Assembly (NCBI RefSeq): GCF_006345805.1
Contig: NC_043005.1
Coordinates: forward strand, 105,958,001 to 106,022,000
DNA length: 64,000 nt
Reading direction: 5' to 3'
DNA from: Octopus sinensis
Taxonomy: Eukaryota
In this document: positions 35,600 to 49,092 of the stretch, piece after piece
Layout: each line of letters starts with the position of its first letter
Position numbering within the stretch: position 1 is the first letter of the stretch
Notes under the pieces: generated by a model
Told to the model about the DNA's origin: nothing
Seen by the model: only the letters and a program-made list of their open reading frames with translations
Databases searched by the model: none
Program-made: the position numbers and the translations under genes

Positions 35600-37900
35600 G
35601 TTTGTGAGACATGGCAAGATGAAAACATCTCAACCAGTGGCAAAGTGGAGAGTGGTGGCTTCATCACGACAGTGCACCTTCGAATGCATGACAATGCACC
35701 TCCATCCTGCCTCATATTGCCTCCAATCTCATTGTTTGGATCCACTATACCTAAACATTTACTTCCTTCCCAACATCCAAAAACACAGCAACCCTGGCTA
35801 ATCCATTGCTTCTGCCTGTAATCCCCCTTTGGAATTAATCTCCTAATACCTCAACCTTGTCCATGCATCACTAATGGCTTCCATCCTTTCACACATTCAT
35901 GACACCAGCCACACTTTCCACCTCTTTAATTCCTTCTCATTCTCTCCTGGATCTTCCCAACTCTCCCTCTTGACATCAAAGTCTCTTTACACCGTTATCC
36001 CTCATAACGAAAGCCTCGTTGGACTCAAACATTTCCTTAACTTATATTTCCATCCATAACCTTGCACTTCTATCATCATCAGGGTGGTGAATTGGTTCTC
36101 TCTTTGAAATGCTTTTTGTTCACTGGAGAGTTTTACCAACAAGTCTTTGTGGCAGCTTCAACTACATGAATCTATTTGTCAGCTGTGTTGAGGTGCATGT
36201 ATTTTCACAGTTCACAAGTTCTAGTCCTGAGCTATGCAGCTGGTACACCAATGACTGTATCACAGCAACCTCCATCTCCTACAAACAACTCCACGTCTCT
36301 TTCATTCAGTCCTTCCATCCCATCCTTGAATTCTTCTATTCCATCTCCAACACCTCTGCCCACTTCCTCAATGCTTTTATTGTCATCAACCACTCCTCTT
36401 TTACCATTTCCATCTACTACAATCTTACAAATTCTCACTCTTAAAATCTTTATTATAGGCATATAGCCTGAACAAAGAGTGGACATAACAAGGACAGACA
36501 CAACACCACAGTGGGGACAATAAACATAAAATGAATGAGGATGAATATTATATAAAAATGGAAAATGAAATGGCTTCATGGGCCCCACTCCTCATGCAGT
36601 ATCATTTCAACTTTTGTACACACTATAATACAATTGTACTATTATTGTCTGTTGTTTTTTCTTAATTATCGCTTGTTTTCTTTTTTTTTCCCCATTCGAA
36701 GCACTTTTCCTTTCTTTTTATTTTTTCTTTTATCAAAGTAATTTTACTTACTCTCCATTTTTTTTTTAAACCTCATATAAGGCTCCAGGTCTCTGAGTTC
36801 AATTACTAGTGGCAGTTCATCAAACTCCCCCAACACTCCGGGCAGGTTAATCTTGTTTCCACACATGTCCACTAGTCTCTTATATGTTTCTTTATCGACC
36901 TCAATGGCCTTTGCATTTTCTGAGTATAGATCCCTGGGCAACTTCACTCTTATGATGTGTTTAAATTTCACAATTCTTCTTTCCACCTCCTTGTTTTTGA
37001 CATAAGTTACAAAGTTCCACTTGTTCCTTCCTCCTCTAAGTTTTCTCCTTCCTGCTGCTATTCTTCTCACTCTTACCTCTTCTCACCTCCTCCCAAACTC
37101 CCACCAAAATTTCCATCTCCTACTCTCAGCTCTTCCATCTCCATCAGTGATGATCAAGACTTTAAGATGCAGACCCAACTCATGGCTCACCCTTTCACCA
37201 AAATCGGACACTACGCACTGTTATCTAAGTTGCTCACTCTCTGTCTCTTTATCATACCTGCCCTTACTTGCTTTCCCTTTCCCCTTGCTTGCCATCCCTT
37301 CACCCTGCCCTCCAATACACTATATTACATGCTTTCCCACCTACTCCTATCCAAACCCTCAATCTCCTACAGCTTCCCTAAACTATCCCTTCCTTCCTTC
37401 ATATGTGCACACAATCAACTGTGGCTTACTGGGCAGTAGCTCTTTTCCTACATCCACCACCCAACCTGATTCCTTCTCTTGCTCTTGCCCATGCTACCAC
37501 ACCTTTCTCACTTACACTACCTTCTTCATCCCTAGCCACAGCCACTCCTTCCATGTCATCAGCTCCTGCACTTGTACCTCTAGTAACCTGATTAACTTCA
37601 TCCTCTACTCACTTTGCCACTTCCCATACATTGAACACACTGGTCGGATCCTGGCTGACAAGTTTGCCGAACACCTCCATGACATCAGGCTCAGTAATGA
37701 CACTTCAGTCTCATGCCATTTTACGTCAGCTAGTCCTTCACTGTAGCATCTGTCTGTATTTGGACAGGGCCTTGCACAGAGACCACCCAGACTCTTGTCT
37801 CTGCATGGAGCAGGAATTAATTTTCTTTCTCCTTACTTTATCTCTCACGGTCTAAATTCTCCACCACTTTTCATTTAAACGCCATCTTTCACACACTCAC
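35600..37900 (+). pseudogene. Decayed Penelope-like element (RT plus GIY-YIG), split by an insertion
   Basis: YFLPNIQKHSNPG, SLYTVIPHNE, FTGEFYQQ, then TCTSSNLI...YIEHTGRILADKFAEHL. Confidence 0.85.
36444..37063 (-). mobile_element. 620-bp 5'-truncated retro-insertion with an unrecognised ORF
   Basis: 12-bp TSD TTCTCACTCTTA (36432-36443, 37064-37075). Minus-strand frame open from the 5' boundary to the stop at 36744. AATAAA 5 nt from the 3' end. Confidence 0.75.
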
Positions 37901-38061
37901 ATTTCCACACAGCACCATCCACCTCTTACATTTCCACTGATCCCTCACACATGCCAACATGTTCAAACAGTATACACACACTTCTTTCAACTTCACATAT
38001 GCTAGCACCCACACTTTCATTACTGTATATAACATAACATGTATGCATATGCATGTGTGTG

Positions 38062-38095
<34 letters not shown>

Positions 38096-38465
38096 GGAGA
38101 GACAGAGATAAGATTTCTAAATGCTAGACATATAGACTAATGCTATGATTTTTATAATACTTCTGTGTGTGTGTGTGTGCTGATGTGTTCAGGGTGCCCT
38201 TAATATACTGTTTAGATGTGACGTTGAATCTGGTACGTGGATTGCTATCTATAATTACATGTATACGTGCACATGCATCTGTAAGTGTGCACATATGTAC
38301 AATCTCTGTCTATGTGTATGCACGGAGGTATGTCTTGTCCTTAATATAATACAATATCACACCTTAGAATATTGAAGATAAGGATCTAAAGGACACTTTT
38401 ACAAGATTTCACCAGCTGTAATGCCATTTTGTTTACATGTATGTATATGTATACATTTATACGTA

Positions 38466-38525
<60 letters not shown>

Positions 38526-38703
38526 AATATATATTCATAATATGTATGTACATAACATATATAAAATACAATATGTATATTCATGATATATATATCATAT
38601 ACATAATAATATATATGCTATGTGTAAGTATATATATGTGTGTGTGTGTATTATACCTATGTGTGATTATGTACTCATACACCCACAAATACATCCATGC
38701 ATG

Positions 38704-38734
<31 letters not shown>

Positions 38735-38960
38735 ACATATATATATAGATATATATGCATATATGCATTTATATACCTATATACAGAAATATATTTTTTA
38801 CATACCTATATACAGAAATATTTCTGTATATATACCTAGATACAGAAATATTTTTTATCTGTTTATATATGTGTATTTATCTATATATACATATAAGACG
38901 ACACATATACACATATACAAGTATATCAGCTGTGTTTTCAAATTTAGGTTTTTAGATCCA

Positions 38961-39000
<40 letters not shown>

Positions 39001-39020
39001 TATATACACACACACATATA

Positions 39021-39056
<36 letters not shown>

Positions 39057-39175
39057 TATATATATTATATATATATATATATACACACATATATATATAT
39101 ATATATATATGTGTGTATATATATATATGTATGTATATTATATATATATATATATTATATATATATATATATAGA

Positions 39176-39209
<34 letters not shown>

Positions 39210-39210
39210 G

Positions 39211-39305
<95 letters not shown>

Positions 39306-40303
39306 ATTGTCTTTTAGTTTATATTTTATTTTGTTTCTCCGAAATTGTACTTAAAAATAAACTACTATAAAGATAAACAGAAGATAAATATAATGGAAAA
39401 GTAATAATGATAATAAAAATGATGATGATGATGATGGTGGTGGTGGTCGTGGTGGTGATTTTATATACATACATACATACACACATACATACACACGTAC
39501 ACACATACATACATACACATACATACACACGTACATACATACATACATACATACATACATACATACATACATACACACATACATACATACATACATACAT
39601 ACACATACATACATACATACATACATACATACACATACATACACATACATACATACATACATACATACATACACATGTATGTGAGTGTGTCATTTGCTAA
39701 TATTTTTTCTTCTTCAACTGATGGGTGTTAATTTAATCAACCTACATTTTCATTTCTATACCCAGAGTGTGCGAGCTAGGAACAATATTTCATGCTTCTC
39801 ACTATTTCTTTTATTTTCTACGTATTTCACAAGGGAAGGGGTGATGCAATGTGCTGTCTTTTTCATAAAAAAAAATTTTTTTGGTAAAATCTTTATGTGC
39901 ATTTCTGATTATTTCTCCTTGAATTCTGTATATTTTTTTCGTGTTTTATTTGTGGCTTGTTGGATGTGTTATTGTTATCTTATATGCATTTTTGCATGTT
40001 GGTGTGATTATAATTGTTTTAGTTGTTGTTGTTGTTTCACAGTGATTGCCGTATTTGTTATATTGTTTTCATATCTTTATTTGTAATACTTAAATTTTCC
40101 TTTCATTCCTTCTGGCTCACAGTTTTTTTTTGTCTTATCTATCTATATATTATATCTATCGACCAAACTGTCTGTTTATATTCTTTTCTCTGTCTATATA
40201 TGCATGTGTTTATGTATATAAGTATATTTCTGTGTATGCACACACACATACACACACACACACATATATGTATATAACTATGTGCATGTCCATCCATTCA
40301 TAC

Positions 40304-40368
<65 letters not shown>

Positions 40369-40384
40369 ACAGAAAAATGTATGA

Positions 40385-40455
40385 TTGCCTGCTCACCCAT
40401 GGGAATTGAATTTCATATCTGCTGTGAAGAGTAGAACTGTGCAAACTGCTTCAGC
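40385..40455 (-). pseudogene. Degenerate tRNA-like sequence or SINE head (weakly Glu-like)
   Basis: CTACTCTTCACAGCAG...AATTCAATTCCC on the minus strand. Heavily decayed. Confidence 0.3.
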
Positions 40456-40558
40456 AAAGCGATCCTACAATTCCAACAGTTTAAAGGAAAAGTGTTAACC
40501 TAAAAAGCTAAGGTTCCTCTTACTATCAGCCTGTCAATGAAGAAGTCACTGCCCCATA

Positions 40559-40632
40559 GAAGTGAGTTCAGTTATGGTATAATATATTGTTTGTTAACCG
40601 AAAGGTTGGTGGTTCGTGCCCACCCAGGGATG
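40559..40632 (+). pseudogene. tRNA-Asn(GTT) pseudogene
   Basis: 40592-40632 TGTTAACCGAAAGGTTGGTGGTTCGTGCCCACCCAGGGATG nearly matches the 3' half of metazoan tRNA-Asn. The 5' half cannot form the acceptor or D stems. Confidence 0.8.
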
Positions 40633-40660
40633 AGCTTAATTTTTTTTCTCATGTTAAGAT

Positions 40661-41076
40661 GGTGAGCTAGTAGAAACATTAGCACGCCGAGCGAAATACT
40701 TAGCGGTTTTTCGTCTGCCGTTATGTTCTGAGTTCAAATTCTGCTGAGGTCGACTTTGCCTTTTATCCTTTCGGGATCGATAAATTAAGTACCAGTTACG
40801 CACTGGAGTCGATATAATCGACTTAATCCGTTTGTCTGTCCTTTTTTGTCCTCTCTGTGTTTAACCCCTTGTGGGTAGTAAAGAAATAGGTATTTCGTCT
40901 GCTGCTATGTTCTGAGTTCAAATTCCTCTGAGGTCGACTTTGCCTTTCATCCTTTCGGGGTCGATAAATTAAGTACCAGTTACGCACTGGGGTTGATATA
41001 ATCGACTTAATCCGTTTGTCTGTCCTTTTTTGTCCTCTCTGTGTTTAGCTCCTTGTGGGTAGTAAAGAAATAGGTA
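40661..41076 (+). mobile_element. SINE-B dimer (head plus two 184-bp bodies)
   Basis: Junction AAGAAATAG|GTATTTCG at 40889/40890, the same as in the 27 kb array. Confidence 0.9.
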
Positions 41077-41919
41077 TATTATATTGTTTGTATAGAGAAG
41101 GTAGAACACACACTCCCATACACACACACGCTTACACACAGTCACACACACATACAAATATACCCAAGCACACACACATGCATATGTGCAGGTTATATTA
41201 TTTTTAGCTAGTTTAGAGAATTAACCTTGTTTTGATCCTCGATTTTCATGCTCACACCTAGTAACTATTCATGCTTATAAATGAGAAGAATCCATACAAT
41301 TTAAGAACCTTTGAATTGATCAGTAATAAAATAATACATTGCACTGTACTTCTTGGTGTACTGTATAGTTTACTCTGTATCAGATGGAACCCTTTTCAGT
41401 AACTAGACAGTGTTTACCAAGATCAATAGATATATTAAACTCTTAAATCTCACAACATCAAGGTAAGTTACTCATGCTCAAATGACATCGTTTCTGACAG
41501 TGTGTGCTATAACAGAAGCGAACATGCACCCACACAGCTTCGTTTCACTCCCTAACCAGTAACTACTGAAACCCTACCATTTACCCGATGAGAGGATTCT
41601 GTTTCTCAAAGGCTTTGTTCTGTAGATTCACCTTCACACCATCTGATAAGATCACTTGATTCTGCAGGGCATGACAACAAATAACGTCACAGGAAGTGTC
41701 ATGTAATACATGCACTTCTTCAGGTGTAAGGACAAGGAAAAACTCTAATAAAGTGTATTGGATGCTACTTTCTTTTGTTTGTTCTCTCTCTCTCTCTCAA
41801 ACAAGCATTCGCACACACACACACATATGAGCAAAGAAGTACACCCATTCTTAGAAAAACTACCTGAATAAATCTTATCTAATGCATGCTACTATCAACA
41901 AACAGGCATTAAAATGATG

Positions 41920-42110
41920 ACGATAACGTTGATGCGATGAGGTGCCAATCATTTATTATGGATGGAACTTGTGGAAGTAGAAAGACATGGATTGATGTGG
42001 TGAAGCCTCATATCAGAATCTTGAACTTCACAGAGGAGATGACTAGGGCTGGAATGGCAGGAAATATGCAGTTCTCGAGAAGATCAACCTATCTTGGAGA
42101 GACTAAGTTC
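41920..42110 (+). pseudogene. RTE-type ORF C-terminal remnant
   Basis: GTCGSRKTWIDVVKPHIRILNFTEEMT resembles RTE C-termini. Confidence 0.55.
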
Positions 42111-42869
42111 TACAAGTGCTGTATTTATTTGTGCATGAGTCCCAAGGCACCCCCACCTTCTTCATCTCTTTAACAGAAGATTTTTCTTCATACACCGGAA
42201 CTTTCTCACTACCCAGAACCATTTCACTCGATATCTACCCCACATCCTTAATACTGTCCTCCCCACCCACATTTTGTATGTCTTTCCTTTCCTCTGAGCC
42301 ACCAAACCATCTCACCTTCTCCACCACCATATACATCTCATTCTCCCATGTACGCTAGTCTCTTCCTTTCCTCACATTCTTCCATCCCACCTAACCATTT
42401 GTCACCCTCTCTCTCTCTCTCTCATCCCTTTTCTCACATTTCCCCTGTCTAGTGTAGCCTCAATACTATTTTCTCCCCTATTATCACTGATCACCATTGA
42501 CCTTGTTTCCACCATTCATTACATTCACCCCTCAACCCTACCCAATCTTTGCAGTTGTCACCTACTCTTCCCTACTTAACATCCATTTAACACTTGTTCT
42601 TTATTTATTATATTCACCTCCTCACACATTCCCCAAATCTCACTCACCCATACATTCTTCTAATCTTCACCCACCTACACTCCTGGTTCAGTTCTACACA
42701 GCTCATATTTTGAGGGTCCGCATGGACACACAACTGCTATCTTACTCCTTCCCCATTGCAACCTGATCACCTCACTTTTGTTTCTAAAATCTGAGTAGCA
42801 ATCTGACTCATTATCTAAGCTAAAAGTTGTTTCCCTTGGGATTCAAAATCTTACACATTGCATAGTGAC

Positions 42870-43070
42870 CTCGCTAGTGCTGGTGGCAGAAAAAACAAGC
42901 ACCCAGTACATAGTGTAAAATGGTTGGCATTAGGAAGGGCACCCAGAGCCACAGAAAACATGCCAAAGTTGACTGTGGAGCATGAGGCAGTCCTTCAACC
43001 CATCAGACCTGTTAGACACATCGGATCATGTCAGTATGGAACAAGAACATTAAATGATGATGATGATGAC
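42870..43070 (+). mobile_element. Copy related to the RTE 3' end, with (ATG)n tail
   Basis: GGTTGGCATTAGGAAGGGCACCCAG...TTAAATGATGATG. Confidence 0.65.
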
Positions 43071-43166
43071 GTATATGACACATGCATACATGTATGTAAA
43101 CACACACACACACACACTCATATATATTTATATGTACATATATGTGCCTATATATGTGTGTACATA

Positions 43167-43209
<43 letters not shown>

Positions 43210-43241
43210 TATATGCATATATGTTCATATGTATACAGACA

Positions 43242-43645
43242 TACGTTTATATATTTGTTGTGCAAGATTTTTTATGTGAAGTCGTGTGTTGAAACAGATA
43301 TTGTTATATTTCGGAATGGTCATTTTGCCAGTTTAGCCAATAAAAACACACGCACTATATATTTGGTGTTACTTTGCTTCAGTGTTATTTATTTTTTACA
43401 TTAATCTTAATCTTATTTCAGCCAGAGCTCTTTTGTCAAACTCCTGTGACCGCATCAGAGGTCCTTTGCTTTCTTCTTTCTTATTTGATGCGGTCACAGG
43501 AGTGTGACGAAAGAGCTCTGGCCGAAATAAGATTAAGATTAATGTAAAAAATAAATAACACTGAAGCAAAGTAACACCAAATATATAGTGCGTGTGTTTT
43601 TATTGACTAAACTGGCAAAATGACCATTCCAAAATATAACAATAT
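43242..43645. mobile_element. Fold-back family H2
   Basis: About 170 bp of paired arms and a 28-nt loop at 43458-43485. Bounded by TA-rich microsatellite. Confidence 0.9.
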
Positions 43646-43716
43646 ACAGACATATATATACGTATATATATCTATATATATGTATGTAAGTATACATATA
43701 TTTACATATCTATATG

Positions 43717-43760
<44 letters not shown>

Positions 43761-43829
43761 AATATATATAACATATATATATACATATACATAATATACA
43801 TATACATATACATATGTATATATGTATAT

Positions 43830-43925
43830 ATAGAGAGAGTTTACAAAAAAAACAAAAGACGAAGACAGGTGATGTACAAAACAAACAGATGTATTAGTAT
43901 AACGCTCAGGAATAGGAAAAGTCTT
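43830..43925 (-). mobile_element. Truncated relative of family H1
   Basis: Shares ACGCTCAGGAA and stops just where the hammerhead-like motif would begin. Confidence 0.4.
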
Positions 43926-43954
43926 TTATATGTATATATATATCGATAAATATA

Positions 43955-44330
43955 AATATTGTTTTATTTGTTTCAGTCATTTGACAGTGGCCATGCTGGA
44001 GCACCATCTTTAGTCAACCTAATTGACCCCAGGCTTTATTCTTTGCAAGCCTAGTACTTATCCTGTTGCTCTCTTTTGCTGAACCACTAAGTCACAGGGA
44101 TGTAAACACACCGACATGAGTTGTCGAGTGATGATGGGGGGGGGGACAAACATAGGCACAAAAATACACACACACACACACGATGAGCTTGTTTCAGTTT
44201 CTACCAAGTCCACTGACAAGGCTTTGGTTGGCCCAAGGCTTTAGTAGAGGGCACTTGGCCAAAGCACCGCAGTGGCACTCTGAACTTGAAACCATATGGT
44301 CGGGAAGCAAGCTTCTTATCACACAGCCAT
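43955..44330 (-). mobile_element. SINE-A, diverged
   Basis: Family match. Confidence 0.85.
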
Positions 44331-44954
44331 ACACATTCATATAAACACACACATACACACATACACGCATACACACACACACATGCATACACACACACAT
44401 GTATATATGTAAATGTATGTGTGTAAATATATATATATATATGTATGTATATAAACATATTTATATCCATACATACATATATACATACATATATATATAC
44501 ATAAACATATATATATATACTTATATATATCTACATATATATATATGTACATGCATTGACACACACCACACACACATGTAGTAATGTTAATTAATGCTTA
44601 ATAAATATTTACTTAGCAATGTTTTCTTTAAGCTGTGTTTAGGAGATAGCTGGGTCCTTCTTGTCTTATCAGCAGACAATCCAGTTTGCCCCCTTACAAT
44701 GTCATCTTTGTGTATAAGTTTACTGCTTCTTCATATCTAATATTTTCCTACTTTTCCTCTGACCCCACCACCACCACCACCACCACCACCCACGCACCAT
44801 ACAATGCTACATATTGACCTTCAAAATACCTTGCCAGAATAGGGAAAGTAGAGGGTTTCCTCAGGGTAATTTTCTCCCCCCCCCCCTCCACACACACTGA
44901 TGAATTTGTGAACACCAGTTGTCTGAAGGACTCCAAGGAGATTATATTGGTAGA

Positions 44955-45190
<236 letters not shown>

Positions 45191-45587
45191 CTTTTCTTTT
45201 TTACTTCCAGCATCCTGTGGACAGCTTTTTAGCACATACCATTTATCAACTGTAGATAAACCATTCTCTCACAGAGTGCCTTGATGCCTTCATGTCCTAC
45301 AGCTAACCATTGTCTTTAATGCCACCATATAGTCTTAACCTACCTACCATATTCTATCACAACACAGTTCAATCTCTGCCACAATATGGTCCCCTCTTTA
45401 CTGTTCTTAGTTTTTGTCAATTGTTTCTAGAAAATGCTAGACACTAGTTCCCCGAGGGAACTTCTACATGGTCATGCTACATGCTAGAAATAGTAACTTA
45501 ATCTCCTTCAGGTCACACCCTACGTTTTAAAAAAATGTAGGACACGTTAATACATTGATCATATAGTTTTAGAACTTATTAGTAAAG

Positions 45588-46350
45588 GTGTGTGGCTCAG
45601 GTGGCTAGGATAGTCATCTCATGATCATGAGGTTGTGAGTTCGATTTCCAGTGGTACATTGTGTTCTTGAGAAAGACACTTTACTACGCATAGCTCCTTC
45701 CTACTCACCTGGCAAAAATGAGTAGTACCTGTAATTCAAATAGCCAGCCAAATAGGCGCAGGAGTGGCTGTGTGGTAAGTAGCTTGCTAACCAACCACAT
45801 GGTTCCGGGTTCAGTCCCACTGCATGGCATCTTCGGCAGGTGTCTTCTGCTATAGCCCCGGGCCGACCAATGCCTTGTGAGTGGATTTGGTAGACGGAAA
45901 CTGAAAGAAGCTTGTCATATATATATATGTATGTGTGTGTTTGTGTCTGTGTTTGTCCCCCTAGCATTGCTTGACAACCGATGCTGGTGTGTTTACGTCC
46001 CCCGTCACTTAGCGGTTCGGCAAAAGAGACTGATAGAATAAGTACTGGGCTTACAAAGAATAAGTCCCAGGGTTGATTTGCTCGACTAAAGGCGGTGCTC
46101 CAGCATGGCCTCAGTCAAATGACTGAAACAAGTAAAAGAGTAAAGAGTGAGAGAGCCTTGTTGAATTCTGTGTCAAGCTGAATCTCCCTGAGAACTTACA
46201 TTAAGAGTACACATGTCTGTGGAGCGCTCAGCCACTTCTATGTTAATTTCACAAGTAGGCTGTTCCATTGATCGGATCAATGGGCACACTTGACATCATA
46301 ACCCATGAAGTATATCCTTTAGAATAACTTGGTGGTTATTCCATCACAGC
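45588..46350 (+). mobile_element. SINE-C-related element split by a nested SINE-A
   Basis: Head and core at 45588-45750. Presumed remainder after 46147. Confidence 0.55.
45754..46147 (+). mobile_element. SINE-A, full length, near consensus
   Basis: Family match. Confidence 0.95.
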
Positions 46351-46469
46351 TCTGCTTGATCATTACTGACCCGACGCTAAATAACAAAATAATCTTCTCC
46401 CTTACAGCTTTCTGTTACTCTGATGTTATTGTTGTTGTTGTTACTCTTATTGTTATCATTATAGTCATT

Positions 46470-46895
46470 ATTCTTTTCTACTCTAGGCACAAGGCCTGAA
46501 ATTCTGGGTGAGGGGCCGGTCAATAAGATTGACCCCAGTACGCAACTGGTACGCAAGTGTCTTCTACTACAGCCTCGGGCTGACCAAAGCCTTGTGAGTG
46601 AATTAAGTTGACGGAAACTGAAAGAAGCCAATCATATATATGTGTGTGTTGTGTGTGTGTGTTGTGTGTGTGTGAATGTGTGCGTGTGTATACGTTTGTG
46701 TGTCTGTGTTTGTCTCCCCAACATCGCTTGACAACTGATGCTGGTGTGTTTACGTCTCCATAACTTAGCAGTTCAGCAAAAGAGACCAATAGTATAAGTA
46801 CTAGGCTTACAAAGAATAAGGCCTGGGGTCGATTTGCCTGACTAAAGGCGGTACTCCAGCATGGCTGCAGTCAAATGACTGAAACAAGTAAAAGA
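46470..46895. mobile_element. SINE-B 3' fragment (-) abutting a headless SINE-A (+)
   Basis: Junction near 46552. Confidence 0.75.
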
Positions 46896-47189
46896 GCACG
46901 ATTAATTCAAAACAATGTGAACAGATAAACATAGCATTTAACAGAGTAATCTGAATACTGGAAGATTAAGATTGTCACGTAAGATTTTGGAAAATATGTA
47001 GCTGCTGTTTCTAGCCAATCAGTCAACCACAGAGAGGCTTATTCCTTGGTTCAGCCACAAGGGTACCATATTCATATGACTCTACAATAAATAACGATTT
47101 GGGTGGTTGAAATAAGGATTTTTGGCAGCACGACTGAAATATTTTGTCAGTGGTGAGGTGGGATGAGTTATAACCAACAGAGTGAACTG

Positions 47190-47425
47190 GGTGTTTTTAC
47201 ACTGCTCTGGCACAGGGGCATTTACATGGCATGCTTTTTACATGGTACCAGCACCCATGAGCCCTCAAGATTAGGAATGCTCAGCTGGAGAGTGATGCAG
47301 GGAACAAGTTTGCATGCAAGGACAACCATGCTTTTACTTAGCTTAACATGTCTTTTCAAACACAGGAAAACTGCCCGGGGTCTCAGTCCCTTGTCATCCG
47401 TTCTGAGTCCCAACGTCTGTAGATG
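47190..47425 (-). mobile_element. RTE-type LINE: ORF end and start of the 3' UTR
   Basis: LQTLGLRTDDK... followed by the GTAAAAAGCA motif of the RTE 3'-end family. Confidence 0.55.
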
Positions 47426-47964
47426 TTATAGTGAAATAAAAGTCAACAATTAACACAGGCAAGATTTGAACTCAGGACATGAAGACATGCGACTAAATGC
47501 CACAAGGTAATTTCTTTGGTGATTTTACTGGATTTTACCCTCTGCCACCTTCTTGGAGGTGGTGGTACCTGGGTAGGATGGGTTGCAATGATAATCGGTT
47601 TCTCACATCTTAAAATATAGCTTTACGAGAAAGACAAAATATTATCATGAGGAAAGTGATGATGATGAGAGTAGTGGTGGTGGTGATGGTGAAGACAACA
47701 AAAATGTTAGTGGTGGCAGTGATGGTGATGGTAAGAGTGGTGGTGGTAGTGATGATGATGATGATGATGGTAGTTGGAAGTAGTAGAATGAAAGACTGTA
47801 GCTGACCCCACCCTCGGTCCATAAAAGTTCCTCATTACACTCACTGACCAGCAATAAGGATCCTCCCTTCACTTCTCCCTCCCTGTCCTTCCAGTTCCTG
47901 GGAACTCTGTCGACATTGTACTATCGTGCATGTATGTGTGCTGTATGTGTTTATTTAAAACAAA

Positions 47965-48010
<46 letters not shown>

Positions 48011-48640
48011 AATTACATATTCATGTGACTGTGTGTGTGAGTGTTTGTGTTGTGTTAGGGTATGTGTGGTATACAAATACGCATGTGTGTGCGTGCATGT
48101 ATGAATGTATGTGTGGGTGAGTGTATATGTGCATGCATATATGTATGTGTAACTGCATGTTCAATAATATATAGTTTTATGTATATCAAAATTACATGCC
48201 TGCGTGTGTATACATTTGAATATTAAAGTCCATATACACAAATCTTTATGCAGACTTATGCTTTGTGAATATAAATCATTATCATATCCTGGTGCGTTTT
48301 ATTTTCTTTATTCATTGGACAGAAAATGGCAGAATTGGGAGAACAGCAGTAACAATGTCTTGGCATATTTTCTAACAACTCATTACAAGTTCAAACCCTA
48401 CACAGGTCACCGTTGTATTTTATACTTCAAAGGAATGTTTTTCACTTGAATGTTTTACATGTGCCACTGGCACAAGTGCCAGTAAGGCGGTGCTGGTAAC
48501 AATCATGTTTGAATGTTGCTTTTTACGTGCCACCAGCATAGAAGCCAGTCACCTGCTCTGGCAGCGATCACGCTCACATCGTGCTCTTCACTCAGATGGT
48601 GCTCTTCACTTGGATGGTGCTCCTATATATATATATATAT

Positions 48641-49043
48641 ATATTGTTATATTTCGGAATGGTCATTTTGCCAGTTTAGCCAATAAAAACACACACACTA
48701 TATATTTGGTGTTATTTTGCTTCAGTGTTATTTATTTTTTACATTAATCTTAATCTTATTTCAGCCAGAGCTCTTTCATCACACTCCTGTGACCGCATCA
48801 GAGGTCCTTTGCTTTCTTCTTTCTTATTTGATGCGGTCACAGGAGTGTGACGAAAGAACTCTGGCCGAAATAAGATTAAGATTAATGTGAAAAATAAATA
48901 ACACTGAAGCAAAGTAACACTAAATATATAGTGCGTGTGCTTTTATTGGCTAAACTGGCAAAATGACCATTCCGAAATATAACAATATCTGTTTCAACAC
49001 ACGACTTGCATAAAAAATCTTGCACAACAAATATATAAACGTA
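48641..49043. mobile_element. Fold-back family H2
   Basis: Same loop and arms as 43242-43645, truncated at the opposite end. Confidence 0.9.
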
Positions 49044-49054
49044 CTATATATATA

Positions 49055-49092
<38 letters not shown>

